From the IMG/VR virus record IMGVR_UViG_3300027782_000076: a stretch of 64,000 nt of DNA, one strand, 5' to 3'. The notes beneath the pieces were generated by a model. That model had not been told where the DNA came from. It did not search any database and worked only from the letters and a program-made list of their open reading frames with translations. Origin of the DNA: an uncultured virus (IMG/VR IMGVR_UViG_3300027782_000076) (Duplodnaviria > Heunggongvirae > Uroviricota > Caudoviricetes > Crassvirales). Below are positions 30,470-41,200 of the stretch, piece by piece; the stretch's first letter is position 1; every line of letters begins with the position of its first letter. The position numbers and the translations under genes were made by a program.

Positions 30470-32245
30470 ATGGCAACATATTATAAATACGCAGAACGTC
30501 AAGAAGATGCATACGTAGATTGGAGTGCAATTGGGAAAGAAGTTTCTGATTCATTATTAGCAGAGAAAAAATTTAGAGAAGATACAAAGGCTAAGATTGA
30601 TGAGGATACTCGTAAACTTGGAGTCTTTATTGACAATGCTCCTCAAGGTCAATTCCAAGATGGTAATAAGTTTACTTTACAATACGCATCTGATGCTCAA
30701 CAAGCTCGTTTATTACAAGATAAATTATTAAAATCAGGACAGTTAAGTTTAAAAGACTATACTGTACAACGTCAAAATCTTAATGATGGTACAGGTCAAG
30801 TGTTTGACCTTTCAAAATTATATCAAGAAAATTATAAGTCAAGAATGGAGCGTGTTCAAAAAGGAGAACTCCAAGCATTAAATATAGCTAACCTTGCTTC
30901 GGTAGAAGGCTTTGCTGATTTTTCAAAATCTCAAGCTGTTATCAATGCGAAGGATGGTACGGTAAGTATTGCAGGATTAGAGGTTGACCCTGCTACAGGT
31001 CTTAAAAAAGTAACAAGTAATATTGTACCTGTTAGCGTACTTAAAGGTAAAATTCTTGCAGAGATTCCTACATTTAAAGTAGACGATGCAATGAATAAAG
31101 CTAAAGCAGGATTAGGTTCAAGAGTTGAAACTTTATATAACGCTGCTACTATAACAGGGGCAGGAACACTTACTCAATTAACAGGTGTAGGTGCTATTGG
31201 TAGATATCCACAATATGCGGGTGTCATTAAAGATTTTAATAATGCATTAGATAATCAAGTAGCTTCTTGGTTTTCTAACCCATATAACTTATCTTCGGTA
31301 TTAACTGAAAATACAGGTAATTATAGTTCTGAATCTTTTACTTACGATAAAGAAGCAGCTAAGGCTGACCCAAGTAAAATTTTATTAAAAATTAATACTT
31401 CTACTCAATTACCTACATTAGACGAGAGTGGTGCAAATTATGCTGCTCAAAAGAAAGAAGCTGAAGAGTGGGTTAAAAGTTCTTTATTAGCTAAACTTGA
31501 TTCAGAAGTTAAGAAAACTACTACTGCACAAACAACAGAAAGAAGTGCTTCAAATCAAGAGTACGGTGATAAAAAAGCACAAGAGAAAAAAGATACTAAA
31601 CTTTTTGCTGAGATGTTATCAGACGCAGTATCAGGTAATACAGAACAAGTAAAAGCAGGCGTACAGTATTTACAAGGATTGGGTGTTCCTATTAAAAGAA
31701 CAAAACAAGGATTTGAAATTGTTGATGCAAAAAAAGGTACAACATTAGAATATGAGTTTGGGAAAAAAGTTCCTGATGATATGGTAAAATCTTTATTAGG
31801 AGCTGTAAATATTAAAGATTATAATGAAGATGATATTGTATCATTTGCAAGTCAATTTAATAAAGGAAGAAAAATTAATCTTTTTGATGAAGTATTGGAA
31901 CCTACAAAACAAGAAAAACCTTTTAATTCAAATATTAAAATAGAAATATTTAAAGATGCATCAGATGTGTCAGCTCCAACATTAGAAACTGAATTAAAAA
32001 AATTAAGCGAAGGTTTTACAGTTGAAGATGTTTCAAGTTGGGGTAATGATAAAATAAAAATCATTGGTCCAAGTGGTGCAATTAAAGAATTTTTTGCAGA
32101 TAATGATGAAACTACAGCAGTAAATGTAAAATCTCAAATAGATTCATTTATAAATCAAGAAGTTAAAAAATTAAGAGAAAAAGAAGCAGCAGCTAATAAA
32201 ACTCAAGGAACAACTACTACTACAAGTGGTGGAAAGGTTAGATAA
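30470..32245 (+). CDS. Probable internal virion/ejection protein
   Basis: 591 aa between the ejection-like gene and the giant gene. Confidence 0.55.
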   Translation: MATYYKYAERQEDAYVDWSAIGKEVSDSLLAEKKFREDTKAKIDEDTRKLGVFIDNAPQGQFQDGNKFTLQYASDAQQARLLQDKLLKSGQLSLKDYTVQRQNLNDGTGQVFDLSKLYQENYKSRMERVQKGELQALNIANLASVEGFADFSKSQAVINAKDGTVSIAGLEVDPATGLKKVTSNIVPVSVLKGKILAEIPTFKVDDAMNKAKAGLGSRVETLYNAATITGAGTLTQLTGVGAIGRYPQYAGVIKDFNNALDNQVASWFSNPYNLSSVLTENTGNYSSESFTYDKEAAKADPSKILLKINTSTQLPTLDESGANYAAQKKEAEEWVKSSLLAKLDSEVKKTTTAQTTERSASNQEYGDKKAQEKKDTKLFAEMLSDAVSGNTEQVKAGVQYLQGLGVPIKRTKQGFEIVDAKKGTTLEYEFGKKVPDDMVKSLLGAVNIKDYNEDDIVSFASQFNKGRKINLFDEVLEPTKQEKPFNSNIKIEIFKDASDVSAPTLETELKKLSEGFTVEDVSSWGNDKIKIIGPSGAIKEFFADNDETTAVNVKSQIDSFINQEVKKLREKEAAANKTQGTTTTTSGGKVR

Positions 32246-32261
32246 AATAAAATAATTAATT

Positions 32262-35200
32262 ATGCAAGATATAAAACAAGCATTAAGAGACTTTGTTGCT
32301 ACTTCTAATAGTGGTAAATATACAGACGAGAAAATTTTATTATCTAAATTTCCTGAGTTACAAGGCTATGATGTTGAAGCATTAAGGGATTTTGTTGCTA
32401 CTTCTAATAGTGGTAAGTATACCAATGAAGATGAGTTGTTTTCTAAATTCCCTGAATTTAATCTTAGCGGTGCTCAACCGACATTAAAAAAAAAAGAACC
32501 AACCACTACGGAATCTTCTTTGGCAGGTACTTCTTCGGGCTTATCATCAGAGCAGAATCTTAATCCATTTGCAAAGAATACCGTTGGTATCCCTCAGCCT
32601 ACAAAAACAGTAGCTGCTCAGGAAACTATTCAGCCAACTGAAGGATTTGCTACTACTCCTGTTGAAACTATTACTGAAACTATCGCTCCTGTTAAAACAA
32701 AAAAACAAGAAGTAGAAGATATTCTAAAGAATGTAAAGATTACAGAAGAAGTTCCTGTAATAAAACCATTTGATAAAGAAACTGAAAAGATTCTTTCAGA
32801 AGGACCAAAGTCAAAAAGAACTTCTCTTGCAAGTAACTATAGTGATAATTTTCTTTTAGGTATTGGTGCATTATCAAAAATGGCTGCGTCAATTCCTGAG
32901 GCTGCATACACTTTAATGGCTATTCCACAAAACGCTGTTGCTTTAGCTACAGGGTTAAATATTGCAATGGATGCTAATAATTTTAAAAAGAACCAAGGAC
33001 TTAAAAACCCATTATTAGATGCAGTAAATAGAGAGCAAGAGCTTACAGCTAAAAAAATTGAAACTTTTAATAAGGAAAACTATGAGAGCTCATCTGTTTA
33101 TGAAAATATAAAAAAAGGTAATTATGGCGATGCGTTTGAATTAATGGGTGCAGGTATAATACAGTCTGCCCCTGTAAGTGTTGCTATGATGTATGGAGGT
33201 GCAACATTAACAAAAGCAGAATTTTTAACAGCAGGTACATCAGCATTTTTTCAAGAAAATTATGATGAATTAGATAAAGAAAATCCTGATATGTCTAAGA
33301 TTGAAAAAACATTCAGAGGATTAGGTATGGCGGGAGCCGAGACATTTTTTGCTTTCTTAGGTGATGTTCCCATTGGACAGGTTTATAAAAGTATTATAGC
33401 AAAGGAAGGATTTGAAGCAGGAAAATCTATTTTTAAAAATGGTTTAGTACAGGCATATAAGACAGCATTAAGAAAATACGGTGTACCTATTGGTTTGGTA
33501 GGTGAAGGTTTAGAGGAAGCCGCTACGCAGGTTACTCAAAATATGATTAGTGGAAAGGATGCAACCGAAGGTGTTGCAGATGCATTTATTATAGGTTCGG
33601 GAGCGGGTGGTGTATTTACTGCTCCATTAACAGCAATACAAGGTGTTGAACAAGTAAAAAACTTAACTAAGGATTATCAGGCTAAATCAACAATCAACAC
33701 AATATTAAAGGATAAAGATGTTGAATTAACTCAAGTATATAACGTACCAAAGGCAGATAAATTTACTCCTGAACAAATTGATATTGCAAATACTGATAGG
33801 TCGAGAGATATATTAAGAAAGAATTTATTATCACAATTAAAAAGCGGTGCCATAACTAAGGCAGACGCTAAGCAATCGTTATATGTATTTGATAAAGTAC
33901 AACAAGTTTCTAATGAAGTAAAGGACTTAAATATTTCTTCAACTGAAAAGGCAGAGGTAGCAAATTTGTTATCAGAAAGAAATGATTTAGCTACTCAAAT
34001 TCAAAACAAAGAACCAATTCTTGTTGCAAAAGAAAAAGAAAAAATTATTGAACTTGAAAATAAAATAGTAGATGTTATTCAAAAATCTACTTTTAATGAA
34101 ACAACTAAAACTAAAGAAGATGCCATTCAAGAACCAAGCACAGATGAAAGCCTGCTACTCGGCGAACAACCCGAAGTGGGATTGCCAAAAGTGGAAGAAG
34201 GAAACGCCCAACCTGAAGGACCTACCGAAGGGACCACAGAAGTCACTCCTGCGCAACCGCAAGAAGAAGTAAGTTTTTCTTTAGATAACATAAAAAAAGA
34301 AGGTGTAAACGGAAAATATTATAGTGGTAGTTTAAATGAATTAATTTTTTTAGACCCTAAAGACTTGAGGGGTTTAAATGATGATGAAGAAATTGCAGCT
34401 TATAGAAATAAACAAGAATCAAAAAAAGAAAATAATTGGACAGATAAACAATGGGCTGAATCAATTCTTGATGTTCCTACGTCTGAATACCCTATAATGG
34501 CTACTTTAGCCCCTGATGGTAAAATAAAAATAACAGATGGTCACCACAGACAATTAGCAGCAATAATATTAAATAAAAATTTAGCTGTTAAATTAAAGGT
34601 AGATAATTATGTAGATGAAAAAGGTAAACCTACTTTATTAGAATATTTAAATTCAAAAGTAAAAGAACCTGAAGTGTCTTTAAAGACACCTGAGCAAGAG
34701 GTAACTGAACTAAAGGGATTATTTGGTAAGAAGCAGGCAACTACCGATAGTGGTATCTCTGTATCTGACAAGACTACTGTAAATAATATCAAGACAAAGT
34801 TAGCTGACAAGGCAAAGACTAAAATTATTGAGTCTGCTCAGAGAGGTCTTACAACATTAAAGTCTGTGCTTCCAAATTTTGATATTGTTATCCACGAAAA
34901 CGAGGGTAGTTATAATGCCGCAATGGAAACATTAAATGGCACTCAAAGTTCAAAAGGAAATTTTGCTTATAGTCAAACTGCTGATGGTGGTTATTCAGGT
35001 CGTATTGATATTAATTTGGATAAAGCTGACGGTAGAACGGTAGCACACGAAATTTTCCACGGTGTAATGCTACAGGCATTTGGTGAGAATCCTAAGTTAT
35101 TTAAATCATTTAAAGATAGAATTTCTAAAGTATTAAAGGATAGCACTAACAAGCAATTAATTGAATTTGCTAATCTATACGAGGGTGATGTTACATACGA

Positions 35201-38200
35201 GGAGTATCTTGCAGAGTTAGGTGGTATATTAGAACAACAAGAAGAAACTATATCTCCAAGCACACTACAAAAAATTGCAGCAATCATTAATGAGTTTGTT
35301 GCAAAGATTACTAATGGCACATTAAAACCATTTGAAGATATAAAGAACACTAAAGATATTGTTGATTTCTTTAACACCATATCTGAATCAATCCGTAAGG
35401 GTGAGGAAATAAATTTAAAATATAATAACAACGGTTTAGTTTCTAAATCCGTATCAAAGGCACAGGCAGAGAAAATTTTTAGTGGTGAAGAAAGTAGACC
35501 TGTATTTAAAACATTAAATGAAGTAGCCGATTGGCTTTCAGCTTGGTCTAAGAAAAATAAAATTGTAAAAAAAGATTTAACAAGTGCTACTGATAAATCT
35601 ATTGTCAATGCAATTGTTGACCATACAAAAAAAGAATTAGATGCTTGGGAAAAAGTAAAGGATGGATATGAAGGATTTTACGATGAAGATATTCCTTTAA
35701 AATTAAACCCCGAACTTGTATCTTGGGCAAAGAAAAAATATAATAGAGAGCTTACTACTTCTGAAATATCATTATATCATATTCTTTCATCATTTGCATC
35801 ACCATCCGCTACCCCTGTATTTGACTCTAATATTGGTCTTCAAATATTTGATAAGTATTTAAGAACAGGCGAACTATCTGCATATACAGATAAGCAAGCA
35901 ACTATGTGGGAAACAGATAAAAAAGGAAAAAGATTTGACACAGGTAAACCTAAATTTGATGAAAAGGGTAACCCTGTAATGTCTCAAATAGCAAGAGCTT
36001 ACGCAACAGAATCATTAAATAAATTTAAAAGTATAGTAGACTACTTTAAAGGTGATGTAAAAAAAGCTGTAGAGTGGATAGAATCTAAACACTCTTACGA
36101 AGAATTATCTAAGGTAATGGGTACACCATTAAAGGGGGCAAAAAGTTTACAACCACACGAAAATTTAAGCAGAGAAGATGGTGGATTTGGAGTATTTGCT
36201 ACCTCAGGTCCTAAATTAGGTTCTTATATTTTAAATAGAGTTGGAGAGTACGGAACTGTTACCAAAGATTTATGGTATGCAAGAACTATGGCAAGATTAT
36301 TTGGAGAACCTCTTGTTGATAGTAAAGGCGAAGTATTAAAAAATCCTTGGGCTACAACAATCGAAGGAAACAGAAGAAGAAAGTTAGCCGACGACGCTTG
36401 GTCTATAGTAGCTAAAGATTTAAATACTAAGCCTGCTATAATCCAACAAAGAGTTTGGGATTTTGAAAAAAGATTATGGCAAATGTTGGGAGCAGAAAGC
36501 TCGGCAGCAGGAAAGGCTTCCGAAGGTTTAAAGAGAGGTATAGAGGAAGTTGAAAAAAAATCACAAATATCTAAGTCACAGGTTGACAATAGAAAAAAAG
36601 CTATCGCTGTAGCTAATACTATGGGGATGAACGACAAAGGATTCTTTAAAAGGGATTCTAATCCGTCTCAGCTAAATAATATGCTACGTCAATATGGTTA
36701 CGGTGTAAAACAAGCAAAATTAACACCCGATGGATTTGGTGGAGGATATTACTTAGTTGACGAGGAAGGTAAGAAGGCAATCAAGACTCCTATCTCTAAG
36801 GCACAAAAAATAAATTTAAGAGATTATAAAACAAAAGAAGTAAAAGGCGAAGAATTAAAGGTAGGCGATATTTATGTTAGAGATATATTTGGGGAAAGAT
36901 TTGTATATAAACTTCTTGAAATACCAAGAGTAGATTGGGTAAAAGGAAATTTTTTTAATGCAGATGTAGAAATTTTACATATTGGAACTTGGAATAATGA
37001 AAATGCAAAAAAATATGGCATAAAAGAAAAAATTATAGGAGATAAAACCTTAGATAGATTTAAATCACCAAGAGCAAATCTTCGTAAATTTGGTAAATTA
37101 AAACTTATAGAAAATTGGAATGAAGTTAATTCTGCTATAAATACTCCTATCTCTAAAGCACAGAAGGTGCAGGAAGAGGTAGAACAAATGCAACAAAGCA
37201 TTCCTGTTCCTATTTCTAAGGCTCAGAAGGGATTAATAAATCTTACCGAGAACGATGTACTTAAATACAAGAGAGTTGGTATAGAGGACAAGAGAACTGC
37301 TCAGGCAATGAACCAAATTGGTTTATCGGGAGTTAAGTTTACTAAGGAAGAGGTAGATAAAAAGATAAGAGAAGAGTTTAATAAACTTATAAAGGATATT
37401 GATTTTTATGTAATTAATGAAGATAGTCCTGCAATTACGCAAGCTATTAAAGCTGAGATTACTACATTAGAAGACGAAGGTGCATCTTTAGATAGAATAG
37501 AAAGAGCCAAGTCTGCTCTTGATGAAAACTCTCCTATGAGAACTAATTTTATATCAGAGTATGCAAGAGCTCAAGAAGAAACATTAAGCCAATGGAAGAG
37601 TTATTTATACCAATCTGATTACAGTGATGCGTTTAAATATATAATCTTAGATGCCGTTCTTACTCATAACTACGACGCTAAGACGGGAGCATACACAAAA
37701 AGAAGTAATAAAACAATTAGAAACTTTACACCATTTGATGCAGGAACGCTTGCATCTATCTATGATAGCGAGAGTAAGGCTCTATTAAAAGATTACGTAG
37801 AAGTACAAGGTAATAATGCTAAAAATATTATTGGTGCTAATTCTATGGAATCTACTAATGAAGGTACTTGGTTAAAGTTTGAAGGTGGTAATAATGCAAA
37901 AGATTTAACAGGAACAGCAAATAAATTATCTCAGTTAGTACAAAATACTTATTGGTGTACAAAGACAAATGCACAAAGCCAACTAAGGGGTGGTGACTTT
38001 TATGTTTTTGTTACAGAAGATAATAAAGGAGAGTACATCCCAAGAATTGCTGTAAGAATGGAGGGTGACAAGGTTGGCGAGGTAAGAGGTAATGCTTCTT
38101 CTAAGCAAGACTTAGAGCCAAGTATGTTACCCGTTGCAGATAAGTTTTTAAAGGAAAGTATACCAAACAATAGCGGTAAGAAATGGTTAGATTCTATTGC

Positions 38201-41200
38201 TTACAATACTAAAGTAAAAGACTTTACTAAAAAGATTTTAAATTCTAAAATATCTAAGGATGATATTTTAGAATATTTTGATATAAAAAAAGATATTAAC
38301 AAATATTCTGTTGATTATGGGGAGAATGGTTTAGTAAGTATATTAAGAGAAAATTTTAATGAAAAAATTAGAAAAAATAATTTTACTGAAGATTTAAATG
38401 GTAAGGTAGCACAAGGGTCATACGATATAAATGAAAATACTGAAATATTACTTGATAATTTAAGTTCTACATTTGATGATTTAAAATTAATTAAAAATTT
38501 AAAGTTTATTACAGGTAATGTTAATCTTGAAGATTCTGAAATAATATCATTAGGAAATTTAGAATTTATTGGTGGTAATCTAAATCTTAGAAACTCTGAT
38601 TTAAAAGACTTAGGTAATTTAAAGACTATTGGTGGTTCTGTTTTATTTAAAGAATCTAAAATTAAATCGTTAGGAAATTTAGAAAGTATTGGTGCAAATG
38701 CAGATTTTAGTGACTCTAAGGTTGAATCATTAGGTAATTTAAAGAGTATTGGTGGAATTGCAGAATTTCAAGATTCTTTTATTGAAGACTTAGGTAATTT
38801 AGAAACTATTGGGCAACGTGGATATTTTTCACGTTCTGATGTAAAATCATTAGGTAAATTAAAGAGTATTGGTGATGGTGGATATTTTTGGGGTTCTAAT
38901 ATTAAATCATTAGGTAATTTAGAATTTATTGGTGGAGATATTGATATTGGAGATAGTAAAATTGAAGATTTAGGTAATTTAAAAACTATTAGTGGTAATG
39001 CTCGATTTGGGAACTCTCAAATTAAAAACTTAGGTAATTTAGAAACTATTGGTGGATACGCTGATTTTATACACTCTAATGTTGAAAATTTAGGTAAATT
39101 AAAGACTATTAATCGTGATGTTTATTTTAAAGAATCTAAAATTAAAGATTTAGGTAATTTAAAAACTATTGGTGGTAATGTTTATTTTAATGATTCTAAA
39201 ATTGAATCATTAGGCAATTTAGATAGTATTGGTCAAAATGCTTATTTTACTAACTCTAATTTTAAATCATTAAATAATTTAAAGAGTATTGGTGGAAATG
39301 CTTTTTTTTCAAATTCTTCTGTTGAAGACTTAGGTGATTTAAAAACTATTGGTATCGATGCTGACTTTGAAGATTCTAAAGTTAAATCGTTAGGAAATTT
39401 AAAAACTATTATTGGAAGTGCATATTTTCAAGATTCAAAAGTTGAATCATTAGGTAATTTAGAGAGTGTTGGTGTTAATATTAATATTACAAGGTCTAAT
39501 ATACCAAACTTAGGTAAATTAAAATTTATTGGAGGAATTTTATATAGTGATATTCCTGTATTAAATGCAGAGGCTCTTGATATTAAAGACAAACAATCAC
39601 CTACATTATCAAGGTCTCAATTAACAGACCCAATTACTAAGGTAGTAAGAGAGGCAAGAGCTCAAGGATTCTCTGAGGAAGCTATCAAATTATTCTTAGA
39701 GGGTGAGGGTGTATCTGCATCTGAAATTGAAAGTGCTATGTCTCCCGAGACTCCTGCATCTGCAAGAGTAAAAATATCTGAGAAGTTATCTGCAGGATTT
39801 GACAGGATGATGGGCGAGGTTGAGGGTATTATAGAGAAGTCTAAGAGGCGTAATGTAGACCAAGCAAAGATAACCGAGAACGTAATTAGTTACGTGATGG
39901 GCTCTAAAGTTTACGAGAACGCCACAGACGTACAACGCGAAAAAATTATCCGCGATATTAAGACTAAGTTTGGTATCAACCTAAAGTCTGCTCCAAGCGT
40001 AGCGAAATTATTTGGTACACTAAATGACGTTAAGAAGTTTACGCTAACCGAGAAGCAGCTTTATATTAAGCGACTTAAAGAATTACAAGAGGGAGCAAAG
40101 ACCGCAATTGCAGCTTGGAAACAGGCGTCTGTATTAATGGCTAAAGAGATTAAAGCACTTGTGAAGTCGGGTACTATTACAGCAAGACAAGAAGGTTTTA
40201 TTATAAGCAAGTTTGCTAAGGTAAATATGCTAAGCCCTAAATCTGTGTTAAGATTTGTTGACTATATGGGCAAAGTGTTTGCAGATGCAGAGTACGGTGC
40301 TCAGTTGGGAACAGCAAAGGGTCTTAGAAGTGATATTAAAAAGCTATCTAAAAATAAAGAGAAGAACGCAGACTTTAGAAAGTTAGCAGAAGAGTTTATA
40401 AATATTGACCCGGCAATGGTGGACGATATTTATGCGTACAATGAGATGGCTTCTCAGATTAAGAGTTCTGTAAAGGGTTCTACTTTAAGAGGAGAGAAAG
40501 TTAAATTCTCTGACGTTGTAAGTATTCAGGACGCCACAAGATATATTAGCGATACATTAAGAGTCCAAGATAAAAAAATCTTAGAAGAGCAAAGAGCAGA
40601 GGTACAGGAGCTGATGGGTATTGATGCATCAGATATGACCCCTGAACAATTGAGAGATTTATTAGAAGGCGAAGGAGAAGTTAAAGTAACAAAGTATAAC
40701 GAGTCTATTGTAAGAAGTCTTTTAGATAAAGCATTCAAGGCTTACTCAGGAGTAATAGACGAGATATTAAAGACGGGTTACGATGCGTTCTATACAGGAG
40801 AAAAAGTTGAGCTAACTAAAAATCAGAAGACTTTAATTAAACAATTTATGGATATGGACTTAACCGTTCTTACTCCTAAAGAATCTCTTCAGGCTGTGGA
40901 TGCCCTTGCTAACTTTATTCAAAACCAATCTACTGCGAAGATGGAGACAGTTGTCTCTGATTACACGGGAAGATTAAACGCGCGTAAATTAGCAGCATCA
41001 GGTGTTAAGGCTCAACCTTTAATGAAGTATAAGTCAAAAGGATTTGGTAAATTCTTAGCAGAACAAACTACAACGCTACCTATTCTATTTGAAAAAATGT
41101 TCAAAGGATTTAATAGGTCAGGTGAAGTAATGGATATGATGGGTGTTACTAAACTTATCAATGGTAAGTCTCTTGCGCAGAATATGTCAAATATAATTGT

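Noticed and set aside
38490..39540. CRISPR array
   Set aside because: The repeats are degenerate, in frame and protein-coding, with no unique spacers and no cas genes
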